From NCBI GenBank assembly GCA_047602755.1, contig JBLKOM010000005.1:78936-142935 (forward strand): 64,000 nucleotides of DNA, read 5' to 3'. This document shows positions 25,902-36,494 of this stretch, in pieces; position 1 is the stretch's first letter; every line of letters begins with the position of its first letter. Source of the DNA: Candidatus Woesearchaeota archaeon (lineage in GTDB: Archaea; Nanobdellota; Nanobdellia; Woesearchaeales; JACJVV01). Made by a program: the position numbers and the translations under genes. The notes beneath the pieces are model-generated. The model was given only the letters and a program-made list of their open reading frames with translations, ran no database searches and was not told the origin of the DNA.

Positions 25902-28166
25902 ATGGTAGCAATTAGAGCATATCTGGTAGATTTAAAGTATGTAATAGAAGAAACTATATTAGTTTCATTATACTGTAGAACACCAGAAGGTAAAATAGTA
26001 GTTATAAAAGATTCATTTAGACCAAATTTTTTTATTTTGCCAAAAAAAGATATAGATGTCACAGCCTTAAGGGCAAAGATAGGTCGCTTAAGAATAGATG
26101 ATAATAATTATGTTATATCTACTAATATCTCAAAACTAATTCTAAATTGTCAAGAAGAAAGTTTTATCCAGGTTTTTTTATCAAGGCCTGAAGCAATGCG
26201 CGGTATACGAAATATAATACGTAATTGGCCAGAAATAATTAACTTTTTTGAAGATGATATTTCTTTAACAAGAAGATATTTACTTGAGAATAAGATTGTA
26301 CCATATAGTGTTTTTGAGGCTGAAGTTACTGAAGAAGATGATTATTATAAATTAGTAAAATTTACAAATAAAGATATTTCTTTTATTGAGCCTAAACTAA
26401 TGTCAATCACTGCAATTTATGATTTTGATAGGCATGGTCAAAAAGCAATTTCTTCAATATGTTGTTCTTCTGCAAAAACAACTGTAATTACATGGAAGCA
26501 TTTGCAACAAAAAAATGAGATACTTACAGTTAAAAGTGAGGAAGAATTATTGAATGCTTTTAAACAATTAATTTTGCGTGAAAAGCCAGATATAATCTTG
26601 TTTGAAGATACTTCATTTAGATTAAAAGATATTATGATTCGTGCGAAAAAATACAATATTTCAATGAATATATGTATTGATCATACAGAGCCTTATATAA
26701 GTCCAATTAATTCTAGGATTAGAACAATTGGTATTAATGAAGTTTTTATTACAAGAATTATTACTAATTTTATTGATATGTCATTAGCTGACAAGAACCT
26801 TGAAAATGCATACCAGAATATAACTGGTATTGTTAATATTGTTGGTTTATTAGAAAATAATGATGTAATTAATATGATTTATAGAAAAGCAAAAATCAAT
26901 CATTTACTTTTTTCATCTTTATTTAATAATTTAACAGAATTATTTAAATTAGTAGGATTACGTGCTGCTGATGTATTAAATTTTTCGCTTAGTAGTGTTA
27001 TTGAATGGTCATTAATTAAACAATGTATTCAAAATAGACATATTGTACTTAATCGGCATGCTTATGATTTTAAAAATGAAGCTTTATTACGATATCATCC
27101 AGTAATTGATCCTGTTCCTGGTATTTATGATAATGTAGCAATTATTGATCTTTCATCAGTCTATCCTCAGCTAATAATAGCAGAACAAATTTCTCCTGAT
27201 ACTATCTCTTGTGACTTAGAAAATGTAAAGGGGGTTTTGCCAATAATTATTGAAGATATGGTATCAAGAATTGATAGGATTAATATTGCATTAAGTAAGA
27301 CACAAAATGATAATTTAATTAGAAGGAAACTAATTTTGTTGCGAATAACAAACTATTTTTATGAATATCTTAATAATCAATATTCGCGTTGGTATTCTAA
27401 AGAATTGCTTGAAAAAATTAATTCTGCAGCTAAGAATAAAATTCATGAATTAATCGGTGTAATTAATTCAATTAATAAAGTTGTTTTTTCAGATTATCAT
27501 GAATTATTTATTGAGTTAAAAGAACCAGAGAATGATTTATTATTACGGTTACATAGAATTTCAAGTATAACTTCCAAGTTAGAATGTAAAGATATTGCTA
27601 AGAAAATTTTATTTCTTCCAAGAGATGATAAATTTCATAAGAAAAGATATGCATATATTAATTCTGAGAATAAAATAGTTACACAAAATATTATAAAAAA
27701 CTCATATCCTATTTACATTAATGAAATTCTTACAAAAGTCATAAACATGGTTTTAACTGATTCTCCTAAAAATGAAATAATAATTGAGCTTCATTCGATG
27801 ATATTAGATTTGTTAAAGCATAAAATCTCAAATGAAAAATTATTAATTAATTCTAAATTAACTAAAGACATTCGTTTGTATCATGAGCGCACTATTCAAT
27901 TTCATTTAATTAATCATCTAAAAAAGCAAAATATTAATGTTGTTAAAGGTGATAGAATAAGTTACATTGTCGCTGAGATGGATGAACCAATTTCAAAAAG
28001 ATCTTTTCTTTTAAATGAAATGGATAATAAGAAATATGATCCCGATTATTATATTGAAAAATTGTTATTACCTATTCTAGAAGATTTGCTTAGGTTAAAA
28101 GGAATATCAATACAAGAAGTTGAGCAAGCAAGTTCACAAATGCAGTTAAGTAAGTTTTTAAAGTAA
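25902..28166 (+). CDS. Family B DNA polymerase homologue with degenerate exonuclease and motif C catalytic residues (probably inactivated PolB)
   Basis: PolB-like N-terminus (SFRPNFFIL, LTRRYLLENKIVP). Motif A is DLSSVYPQLI...SPDT. Motif B is KLILLRITNYFYEY. Motif C reads SDYHE instead of DTD. Exo I reads YDFDR instead of FDIET. Confidence 0.75.
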   Translation: MVAIRAYLVDLKYVIEETILVSLYCRTPEGKIVVIKDSFRPNFFILPKKDIDVTALRAKIGRLRIDDNNYVISTNISKLILNCQEESFIQVFLSRPEAMRGIRNIIRNWPEIINFFEDDISLTRRYLLENKIVPYSVFEAEVTEEDDYYKLVKFTNKDISFIEPKLMSITAIYDFDRHGQKAISSICCSSAKTTVITWKHLQQKNEILTVKSEEELLNAFKQLILREKPDIILFEDTSFRLKDIMIRAKKYNISMNICIDHTEPYISPINSRIRTIGINEVFITRIITNFIDMSLADKNLENAYQNITGIVNIVGLLENNDVINMIYRKAKINHLLFSSLFNNLTELFKLVGLRAADVLNFSLSSVIEWSLIKQCIQNRHIVLNRHAYDFKNEALLRYHPVIDPVPGIYDNVAIIDLSSVYPQLIIAEQISPDTISCDLENVKGVLPIIIEDMVSRIDRINIALSKTQNDNLIRRKLILLRITNYFYEYLNNQYSRWYSKELLEKINSAAKNKIHELIGVINSINKVVFSDYHELFIELKEPENDLLLRLHRISSITSKLECKDIAKKILFLPRDDKFHKKRYAYINSENKIVTQNIIKNSYPIYINEILTKVINMVLTDSPKNEIIIELHSMILDLLKHKISNEKLLINSKLTKDIRLYHERTIQFHLINHLKKQNINVVKGDRISYIVAEMDEPISKRSFLLNEMDNKKYDPDYYIEKLLLPILEDLLRLKGISIQEVEQASSQMQLSKFLK

Positions 28167-28201
28167 TTGTGTTAAGTAATAAGTAGACTATACTAAATTG
28201 A

Positions 28202-28759
28202 TTATTTGTTCTTGAGAAATTTTTTTAACATGTCAAATGCTTTTTTTCTTTGACTAATTTTATTCTTTATTTCAGCAGGAATACTTGCAAAAGTATCATC
28301 TAATCCATTTGCTTTGAAAATAGTATCCCATCCATTCTTAAAACCATAACCTTTTGAAGATGGTTTAACAATTGTACCATTACATTTCCCAGTGAAAACT
28401 ATTGTTTGTTTTCCGTCACAATAACCTATTGAAGTAAAGCTATATCCTGACTTATCATCAAATCCATATAATAATTTGTAAACGCCTTTAGGACCTATTG
28501 CTTTAAGAAAATGTTTAATATATATCCCAGGCATACCATTTAAAGCATTAAAAGCAAGACCTGTATCATCTACAATTACTGGTTTTTTAGTTTTTTGATA
28601 TGCTAACTTTGCTTTCTCAGAGACTACTTCTTCAGGTGTTCCTTGAAGTTCAGGCAGATCAATATCAATTGCTTTAACAGTGACATTTACAAGAATCTCA
28701 GATGCTTCTCTTGCCTTGTCAGGATTTCCTGTTACAAAATATAATTTATTTTTTTTCAT
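28202..28759 (-). CDS. rdgB: Non-canonical purine NTP pyrophosphatase (RdgB/HAM1/ITPase)
   Basis: GNPDKAREASEIL and TGLAFNALNGMPGIYIKHF motifs. Confidence 0.9.
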   Translation of the reverse strand: MKKNKLYFVTGNPDKAREASEILVNVTVKAIDIDLPELQGTPEEVVSEKAKLAYQKTKKPVIVDDTGLAFNALNGMPGIYIKHFLKAIGPKGVYKLLYGFDDKSGYSFTSIGYCDGKQTIVFTGKCNGTIVKPSSKGYGFKNGWDTIFKANGLDDTFASIPAEIKNKISQRKKAFDMLKKFLKNK

Positions 28760-28777
28760 TTTCTTATATTTATTTTC

Positions 28778-31384
28778 TTAATGTACTTCTAAAAAGTTGT
28801 ATCTTCTGTTGAGTAATTTTATTATATCAAATATAGTTACAACTATCACTGATATTACAATTGCAATAGCCCAGTATTGCCAAGTAATAGGTACAACTTC
28901 AAAGATTGTGTGTGCAGCTGTATAAATTATACCTATTGTAATTATTAATGATAAGATTGAGGCATATAATAAATATTTATTTGCATCAAATGGTAACTCA
29001 TATACTGGATATCTAAATGACCTAAAAGTAAATGCATTCATTACTCCAAATAATACTATTGTTATAAAAGCCGTTGTTCTGGCAATCTCGATTGGAACGT
29101 TGAATATATTTAACATTACTGTAAATGTACCCATAGCAAATAATGTCATAAGAGCTGTTGCAAATATTAAAACTTTAAACAAGTTTTTATCAATTAATTC
29201 AGATCCTTTACGAGGAGGAACTTCCATGACGTCAAATGAAGGTGGATTAAATCCAAGCATAATAGCTGTTATTTCATCTGAAAGTATATTTACAAATAAA
29301 ATTTGTATTGCAACTAATGGTAAAGGCATTTCAAGCATAATTGCAATAAATATGAATAGTAATTGTGTTAATGTAATTGATATTTGATAAATTGAAACTT
29401 TTTGAATATTCTTAAAAATTGTTCTACCTTCTGCAACGGCATCAACTATTGTTGCAAAATTATCATCTTTTAAAACAAGATCAGCAACTTCTCTTGATAC
29501 ATCAGTACCATTTTTACCCATTGCAATACCAATATGGGATTCTTTAAGTGCAGGTGCATCATTTACACCATCACCAGTCATGCTTACTATTTCACCATTT
29601 TCTTTTAATGCTTTTACAATTTTTAATTTATGTTCAGGACGCACTCTTGCAAATATATTAATCTCTTTTACTTTTTGTCGTATTTCTTCATCACTTAAAT
29701 GGTCAAGATCATTACCTTCCATTACATTTCCAATTAGCCCTATCTGTTTTGCAACAGCCATAGCTGTTATTTTATTATCACCAGTTAGCATTTTTACATT
29801 TATGCCTGATTTTAGACATGCTTCAATAGCAGCTTTTGCTTCTTCACGAGGAGGATCTTCCATCCCAACAATTCCTAAGAAAATGAGATTCTTTTCTATT
29901 GATTTTTTGTCTAATGATTTGTAGGCTAAACCTAAAGTTCGTAAACTTTGTTTAGTCATTTTTTCATTTTCAGTTAATATCTTTTTACGTTCTTTTTTGG
30001 TTAGTTTTAATACACGATTACCTTTACGATAATGAGTACATCTAGAAAGTAATATTTCTGGTGCGCCTTTTGAATAAACTTCTTTATTTTTTGATTCTTG
30101 GCAAACTACTGTCATAACTTTAGCATGCGAATTAAATGGTATTTCTTCAAGCCTTTCATTTTTAATATCTTCTTTGTATAAATTTGCTTTTCCAGCAAGA
30201 ATTAAAAGTGCAATTTCTGTTGGCGAACCATATGTTTTAACTTGTTCATGATGTTTTTCTATTCGTGAATCATTACATAAAACTGAAGTTTTTAGTAGTA
30301 AGCTTAAGTGTTGATTTTTTTCTGGTGATATCTTTTTTTTACCGTTATAAAAATCCCCTGTTATTTCATAACCTGTTCCTTTAACTTCAAAAAGAGAATT
30401 ATTAGTAAATATTTTTTTAACAGTCATTTCTCCTTTTGTTAATGTTCCTGTCTTATCAGTACAAACAACAGTTGTTTCTCCTAATGTTTCAATAATTGAC
30501 ATACGGTTAACTATTGCATTCTTTTTTGCCATTCCTCTAGCTCCAGCTGCAAGAGTTGTAATTAATACAACTGGAAATCCCTCTGGGAAAGCTGATACAG
30601 ATAATGCAATTATAACAATAAGAATTTCAACAAAATCGCTACCTGTTAAAGGAGCACCTCTTACACTCATAACAACACCCGTAACAATAGCGAAAAAAAT
30701 TGCGTTTAAAGCCATGTATTTTACAATAGTATTAACTTTTTTTTGTAGTGTTATTTCTTTTTCAGCAGAGGAAATCATACCTGCAATTTTCCCAAATTCA
30801 GTATTCATACCAGTATGAGTTATCTTAACAGTACATTTACCATTAACTATAAATGTACCCATATATACTTGATGTTCTTGTTCATAATTTTTCTCATCAG
30901 GTGTTGCTTTTTTATTTATTTCTTTAGATTCGCCTGTTAAAATACTTTCATTTACACGTAAGTCTTTAGAATCTAATATGATTCCATCAGCAGGGATCTT
31001 ATCACCCATTCTTAATAATAATATATCTCCAGGCGCTAATTCTCTTGAAGGGATTGTTTCTTCTTTCCCGTTTCTTATTACTGTTGACATTTGTGTTATC
31101 ATTTGTTTTAATGATTTTATTGCTGATTCAGCTTTGTATTCCATTATGAAACCAACAACAACAACAATTATTATAACGGCTAGAATAGTGTATGCAGTAA
31201 TTGCTTTATCAACATAAAACGATACAATCATAGCAAAAATCAATAAATAAATAATGTAATTTGTTTTTATTTGTCTGAGAAATATTTTAAGTGGGGATAC
31301 AGTTAACATCTCTGTTATTTCATTATATCCATATTGCTTTATAGCATCTTTTGCTTGTTCTGCAGTCAAACCTGTATAATTCAT
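28778..31384 (-). CDS. P-type cation-transporting ATPase (type II, Ca2+/Mg2+-like)
   Basis: CTDKTGTLT phosphorylation site. TGDNKITA and GDGVNDAPAL motifs. 10 TM. 868 aa. Confidence 0.9.
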   Translation of the reverse strand: MNYTGLTAEQAKDAIKQYGYNEITEMLTVSPLKIFLRQIKTNYIIYLLIFAMIVSFYVDKAITAYTILAVIIIVVVVGFIMEYKAESAIKSLKQMITQMSTVIRNGKEETIPSRELAPGDILLLRMGDKIPADGIILDSKDLRVNESILTGESKEINKKATPDEKNYEQEHQVYMGTFIVNGKCTVKITHTGMNTEFGKIAGMISSAEKEITLQKKVNTIVKYMALNAIFFAIVTGVVMSVRGAPLTGSDFVEILIVIIALSVSAFPEGFPVVLITTLAAGARGMAKKNAIVNRMSIIETLGETTVVCTDKTGTLTKGEMTVKKIFTNNSLFEVKGTGYEITGDFYNGKKKISPEKNQHLSLLLKTSVLCNDSRIEKHHEQVKTYGSPTEIALLILAGKANLYKEDIKNERLEEIPFNSHAKVMTVVCQESKNKEVYSKGAPEILLSRCTHYRKGNRVLKLTKKERKKILTENEKMTKQSLRTLGLAYKSLDKKSIEKNLIFLGIVGMEDPPREEAKAAIEACLKSGINVKMLTGDNKITAMAVAKQIGLIGNVMEGNDLDHLSDEEIRQKVKEINIFARVRPEHKLKIVKALKENGEIVSMTGDGVNDAPALKESHIGIAMGKNGTDVSREVADLVLKDDNFATIVDAVAEGRTIFKNIQKVSIYQISITLTQLLFIFIAIMLEMPLPLVAIQILFVNILSDEITAIMLGFNPPSFDVMEVPPRKGSELIDKNLFKVLIFATALMTLFAMGTFTVMLNIFNVPIEIARTTAFITIVLFGVMNAFTFRSFRYPVYELPFDANKYLLYASILSLIITIGIIYTAAHTIFEVVPITWQYWAIAIVISVIVVTIFDIIKLLNRRYNFLEVH

Positions 31385-31561
31385 AAAATATGCACACCAT
31401 CCTTTTTTTTTTAAAGTTAGTTTATTAACTTATGTTACTTCTATTGTGTTATAAACATAATATTTGCAAAAAACCTATAACTAATTAAATGAATAAAAAT
31501 AATTTAGATTTAATTTGCAACCATAATATATATATATGGATATTAGTTCTTTATAAGAGTT

Positions 31562-31948
31562 ATGGTGTGGATATATGCTGTCATAGGAATAATTGTATCA
31601 ATTTATGTTATGTATGTTGAAAAGAAGCTAAAACATAATGCTAAATATAAGGCAATTTGTGATATTAATAGTAAAATTTTTTGTACAAAAGTAATATTAG
31701 ATAGATCAGCTTATCTTGTTTTTGGACTTCATAATTCAATAATAGGTATTTTATATTATATTACAGTTATTATTGCATCATTTTATGCTAATTTTATATT
31801 AATAGTTGTTATTTCAATTCCTGCTATAATGATGACAATTTATTTGATGATTGTTACTTTAATTAGAATTAGAAAAATATGTATTATGTGCAGCATAACT
31901 CATATACTCAATATAATTATATTTATAATTGCTGTATATGGGTTGTAA
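31562..31948 (+). CDS. VKOR-like (vitamin K epoxide reductase family) membrane oxidoreductase
   Basis: Four TM helices, loop cysteines (KAICD...KIFC) and a CIMC (CxxC) at the start of the last TM. Confidence 0.45.
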   Translation: MVWIYAVIGIIVSIYVMYVEKKLKHNAKYKAICDINSKIFCTKVILDRSAYLVFGLHNSIIGILYYITVIIASFYANFILIVVISIPAIMMTIYLMIVTLIRIRKICIMCSITHILNIIIFIIAVYGL

Positions 31949-32157
31949 TGAATTTTGTTTTATTATAAAATGAATAAGAAATGTAGTATTAAACTAACAC
32001 TTGATGCATTTGTTGTTATAATTCTTGCTATATTTTTTCTTATTTTTGCAATATTGTTTATTAGAAATATTTTTGGTGATTATTTTTGTATAAGAAAATG
32101 GTGTCTTTTTAAGTGAACACTTAATAGATTTTTTTAAATTGTTGTTTTCTATTGGTT

Positions 32158-32727
32158 TTATTCAAACTTTGAAAGAATAGTTAGACCGATTGCTTCAACA
32201 GTGTCTTTTGCTTCTTCACTTCCTTTAGATGTTACAAGAATTAAATATTTATCCTTGACAATCCAAAGATGATAAAAATACACATCAGGATCATTAAATT
32301 CAGCTCCATAATCTTTTTCACTATTTCTATAAAACCTACTCATATCGCCATATTCATTCTCACTAATCAATCCTTCAGCACTTCGATAATGTGATGAAGA
32401 GTATTGATATGTACCGTTTAAATCATCAAGATTTGTAAATTTTTGAATTTGAATAATTACTTCAGAATCATAACTGTTAATGTTAAAATAACACATATAG
32501 TCTTGCTCTAAAGGAGAAGTTGGACTTGTTTCATACACATTTACTTCACAATCTGAATTTAAAATACTTATGTCAAGTTCTACTAAATCCTTTTCGTCTA
32601 AAAGTAAGTTATTAATAGAAGTAATTTCATAACCTACTTCTAAATCATTATTTTGTATTGAATTACATCCTAATATAAATATAAAAGAAAGCATTAGTAT
32701 TATTAAATATTTCATGTAATTAGCCAT
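32158..32727 (-). CDS. Putative lipoprotein
   Basis: Signal peptide with an ILGC lipobox-like motif. Confidence 0.45.
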   Translation of the reverse strand: MANYMKYLIILMLSFIFILGCNSIQNNDLEVGYEITSINNLLLDEKDLVELDISILNSDCEVNVYETSPTSPLEQDYMCYFNINSYDSEVIIQIQKFTNLDDLNGTYQYSSSHYRSAEGLISENEYGDMSRFYRNSEKDYGAEFNDPDVYFYHLWIVKDKYLILVTSKGSEEAKDTVEAIGLTILSKFE

Positions 32728-32849
32728 ATATTTAGAGATTAGCTTTTATTAGTTATAAACTTTTCTTTGTTTTGAAGAAGATCATTTTGAAGGTTTTAAT
32801 TTTTATAATTAGTAATTTTTAACAAAATAAAAAATAAAAATAAAAAAAA

Positions 32850-33344
32850 TTAAATCTCTTTGTTAAAAAGATATTTCTCAAGATTTAATTTGTTTCCACC
32901 ACCTGACATTACTAATGATAATGCAATAACAAGAAATGCTAATACTAATATGAAATTTCTAATTTGAAATGCCATAAGATCACCTAAGTGTCTTCCAAAA
33001 ATAATAATAACCATTACGCTTGCAATTGCTAGTGCTGCATATCTTGTATATAACCCAAGTAAAACAAAAATACCACCAATAAACTCAAATAATGTCGCTA
33101 AAAGTCCCCAAGCTACAGGAATCATTGTAAATCCAACACTTGTTGCTAAACCCACCCATCTTTCAGGACCTGCTGTCATTTTTCCTAAGCCGTAAATAAA
33201 TATGAAGGATAACCCTAGAAAAATTCTTAGTATTAATATACTATATTCACTGCAATTACATTTGCAAAGTGATTTTGTTTTATTATCTGATTTTGTAGCG
33301 TTTGATTTTGTACTATTTGATTTTTTTATTTTTTTCTTAACCAT
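32850..33344 (-). CDS. DoxX family membrane protein with an N-terminal Cys-rich tail
   Basis: RIFLGLSFIFIYGLGK...FEFIGGIFVLLGLYTRYAA fits DoxX. Confidence 0.65.
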   Translation of the reverse strand: MVKKKIKKSNSTKSNATKSDNKTKSLCKCNCSEYSILILRIFLGLSFIFIYGLGKMTAGPERWVGLATSVGFTMIPVAWGLLATLFEFIGGIFVLLGLYTRYAALAIASVMVIIIFGRHLGDLMAFQIRNFILVLAFLVIALSLVMSGGGNKLNLEKYLFNKEI

Positions 33345-33418
33345 AATCTTATCACCTTTTAGTATTTTTAATAATATTATTTAAAAAATTTTTTTAAAAA
33401 TTGTATAGAAAAAAGACT

Positions 33419-33859
33419 TTAAGCGTTATTCTGCTTTTCTTTATTTAATGCAGAACATATGCATTTATCATTGAAGTTACATGTAAGATTATTTTTGTTG
33501 CAATGTTCAATAAAAAATTTGATTTTATTAATTGTTTTTGGATGTAATGAATGTTCTATTTTTAATGCATCCTTTGCAGCAATCTCTTTTGGAATACCTA
33601 ACAAAATAAAGAATTCTTCAAATAAAATATGCTTATTCTTTACAACATTTGCAATACTTTTGCCTTTTTCGGTTAATGTGATTGGTGAATGAGAATCTTG
33701 ATTTATTAAATCAAATTTTCTTAAAGAATTCATCATAATGCTTACAGAAGCAGGTGTAACATTATGGATTTCTGCTAAATCTCTTACTCTTGCATAACCT
33801 TTTGTCTTAATAAGGCTTGAAATATCATGTAAATAATCTTCTTGAGTTCGTGTTAGCAT
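33419..33859 (-). CDS. DtxR/MntR-family metal-dependent transcriptional regulator
   Basis: N-terminal wHTH (TQEDYLHDISSLIKTKGYARVRDLAEIHNVTPASVS) followed by the metal-binding/dimerisation helix region. Confidence 0.85.
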   Translation of the reverse strand: MLTRTQEDYLHDISSLIKTKGYARVRDLAEIHNVTPASVSIMMNSLRKFDLINQDSHSPITLTEKGKSIANVVKNKHILFEEFFILLGIPKEIAAKDALKIEHSLHPKTINKIKFFIEHCNKNNLTCNFNDKCICSALNKEKQNNA

Positions 33860-33872
33860 GTTTTTAGTTAAT

Positions 33873-33911
33873 TTTAGGTTATTTAAAAAAGTTTAGGTTA
33901 GCTTAATAAAC
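33873..33911. promoter_or_regulatory. DtxR-type operator (iron-box-like) in the divergent promoter region
   Basis: TTAGGTTAGCTTAATAAAC at 33893-33911 matches the DtxR consensus TTAGGTTAGCCTAACCTAA at 14 of 19 positions with a perfect left half. A second TTTAGGTTA half-site lies at 33873-33881. The inverted repeat GCTTAAT-N12-ATTAAGC spans 33901-33926. Confidence 0.55.
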
Positions 33912-33960
33912 TTAAATTAATTAAGCAAAAGGATATATAAGCTTAAACATTACTTATAAT

Positions 33961-34338
33961 ATGGTTTGTAATATATGTCATATTAGAAATGAAAGAATAA
34001 GATCAGGTAGAAATTTAAAAGCACTTTTATTGACTTCAAGAATTTTTGCAGATTTAGAAGATAGTGATGTTTGTGAAATAGGTGATGTTGTAAAAAAACT
34101 TCAGGAGCAATATTTAGGTAACAATGAACAATCTGAGAACACAACTTATGTTTTTTATAATGGTAAAGATGCATATATATTTCAAAACAAAGGAATTAAA
34201 ATTGTAGAAGGTGTTGATTTTGAAGAACTTTTTGCTACACATATAGCTCATCCCAATGTAGTTCTTATTAGACCAGACCATGAACATGGCAAATGCTTGT
34301 ATAATCAGGGTTATACGACTATTGACAAAATTGTTTAA
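33961..34338 (+). CDS. Hypothetical protein (125 aa), first gene after the DtxR-type operator
   Basis: ORF with N-terminal CNICH and C-terminal His/Cys residues. Confidence 0.4.
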   Translation: MVCNICHIRNERIRSGRNLKALLLTSRIFADLEDSDVCEIGDVVKKLQEQYLGNNEQSENTTYVFYNGKDAYIFQNKGIKIVEGVDFEELFATHIAHPNVVLIRPDHEHGKCLYNQGYTTIDKIV

Positions 34339-34362
34339 TGATTAGATAACATAAAAAAATGT

Positions 34363-34983
34363 ATGAAACCTCTTAAAATGAAAGTTTTTAGCACAAAAAT
34401 ATCAAATGAAATTGATTTTATTGGATTTTTTAGAAAAGTTTATTTAGTTCTTTTTTCTATATCAAAATCACTATTAAGCTCAAATAAATTAAAACTTTTT
34501 TTTATGATTACATTAGGGATTTATTTCTACATGAACAATCAATTAATATTTTTTATGATTGCGTTTGCTTTGATTGAAGCAATATCCTGTTTTGTGTTAA
34601 GGGCAGTTTATGTTAAAGGTTGGGTAGAAATTCTATCTTTTACAACAATACTAATATCACTTAATTATGGATTTAAAGTTGCTTTTTTTTATTTTATATT
34701 TGCTTATATGGTATCTATGGCATCACGAATGAGAATATATCCTGTTGAGCCCCCTTATTTGTTAATAAGAGCACTTACTTTAGGATTAATTCCAGTAATT
34801 TTACCATTCTCAAATCTTATAATGGTAACATTAATCACAATGATAATTCAGCGCTTATTAATTGGTCCTGTTTTAGTGTTTTTTGGAGTTCCATTTGTTA
34901 GAGTTGCGTATGAATCAGTACTTAATATAATATTTACTTTGGCGTTAATCAATTATTTTGCTCCAATAATGACTTTCTTATAA
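34363..34983 (+). CDS. Polytopic membrane protein, hypothetical
   Basis: About 6 TM. 2 nt before the next gene. Confidence 0.45.
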   Translation: MKPLKMKVFSTKISNEIDFIGFFRKVYLVLFSISKSLLSSNKLKLFFMITLGIYFYMNNQLIFFMIAFALIEAISCFVLRAVYVKGWVEILSFTTILISLNYGFKVAFFYFIFAYMVSMASRMRIYPVEPPYLLIRALTLGLIPVILPFSNLIMVTLITMIIQRLLIGPVLVFFGVPFVRVAYESVLNIIFTLALINYFAPIMTFL

Positions 34984-34985
34984 AA

Positions 34986-36494
34986 ATGGAAAAAAAACTT
35001 AATAAAAATATTAAACTATTGAAAGATAATGCTTTTTTTATTAATCCAGTAAATATTGGATTTGAAGAAATAACGCAAAAAACTCAAGATATTACTGAGC
35101 AACTACATAGTAGTTCATATCTTAAGTTCTGCTTTAACTCAAACGTTACTAAAATAATTGGTAGAGAAACATTTGATTCAATTTTAGAATTATCATCTGG
35201 AAACAATGATCTTGGGTTTTTTTCATATTTTATTGATGAAATTAAGAGTGATGCAGAAAAAACAGATTATAATTTATCAAATTATTCTGGCGGTAGAGGA
35301 GACTATTTTACAATTAATAAGATGTTATTAATTGAGAATAAACTTTATGAGAGATTAACAAAAAAAAAGAATAAGTATTCTGTAAATAATATTACATTAA
35401 CTTTTTCTGGACAGGGTGCATATTCTGCAATCGCATCTTATCTGAAATCAAGTATTCATTCAAAAAAAAATATTTTATTTTTTGATTCAACTTATTGTTC
35501 TAATTACAAACCCTTTTCAAGAAAAGATCTCAATTTAAAATTTATTAAAACTGATAAAAATAAATTTTTACCAAAAGTTTCTGAATTATTAAAGGCCATA
35601 AATAAAAATTCGTCTATGTTATTTTTAGTTAAATTTCATAATCCTTCTGGTCAATTTTATTCAAGAAATGAATTAGAGCAAATAATTAAGAAATTAAAAG
35701 AATGTAATGTCTACTTAGTTTATTCTGAAGCATATGATTATCTTTCTTGGGACACAAAATATGATAATCATGTGATTAGTATTTCAGAAGAATTGAATTA
35801 TGATAAATTAATACGTGTAAAAACATTGTCTAAAGATAGAGGCCTTGCAGGACTTCGTGCAGGATATATGATTGGTCCAGAGGAGATAGTAAAACATACT
35901 ATAAAATTTAATGATGAAATAGCCTACAATCCACCTATGATTAATAATCCTATATTTATTATTCACCTTTATATTACTTATTTTAATGCTACTGGGAAAT
36001 ATATCTCTGATTTAAATAATGAAATATCTAATGCAAAAATAAGAAAGATTTCAAATAAGACAAAAAAAAATGAAATCAAACAGATAAATTATGTAAAAAA
36101 TAATTTTCAATTTATTCTGAAAGAACTCTTCAATAAAAAAATGGATAAAAAATTATATGGAGAATATATTGAAAATCAAAAATATGGGTTAGTTATACCC
36201 TCTGGTGGTATCAATTGCATTCTAAGAATAAAATATCTTGAATCATTTGATGAAATTGATATCTTTCGTAAGTTATATATTAATACAGGTTTAATAATGC
36301 ATAGTTCTAAGTTTATTTTAAAAAAAAAAGATGGTTATTGGATTAGAATTACATTATCGCATAAATTTCAAAAAATTAAGAAAATAATCTCGGTATTGAA
36401 AGAATTAGAATTAAATTTATCAAAATCAAATAATGATTATGAATTTCTGAATAAAAATACTATAAAAGTTAAAATAGGTGGAAAATATGAATGA
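34986..36494 (+). CDS. PLP-dependent aminotransferase class I/II fold enzyme with a ~140-aa N-terminal extension
   Basis: HNPSGQ (NPTG-like) motif and SKDRGLAGLRAGY, the PLP-lysine motif SK..G..G.R.GY. Confidence 0.65.
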   Translation: MEKKLNKNIKLLKDNAFFINPVNIGFEEITQKTQDITEQLHSSSYLKFCFNSNVTKIIGRETFDSILELSSGNNDLGFFSYFIDEIKSDAEKTDYNLSNYSGGRGDYFTINKMLLIENKLYERLTKKKNKYSVNNITLTFSGQGAYSAIASYLKSSIHSKKNILFFDSTYCSNYKPFSRKDLNLKFIKTDKNKFLPKVSELLKAINKNSSMLFLVKFHNPSGQFYSRNELEQIIKKLKECNVYLVYSEAYDYLSWDTKYDNHVISISEELNYDKLIRVKTLSKDRGLAGLRAGYMIGPEEIVKHTIKFNDEIAYNPPMINNPIFIIHLYITYFNATGKYISDLNNEISNAKIRKISNKTKKNEIKQINYVKNNFQFILKELFNKKMDKKLYGEYIENQKYGLVIPSGGINCILRIKYLESFDEIDIFRKLYINTGLIMHSSKFILKKKDGYWIRITLSHKFQKIKKIISVLKELELNLSKSNNDYEFLNKNTIKVKIGGKYE

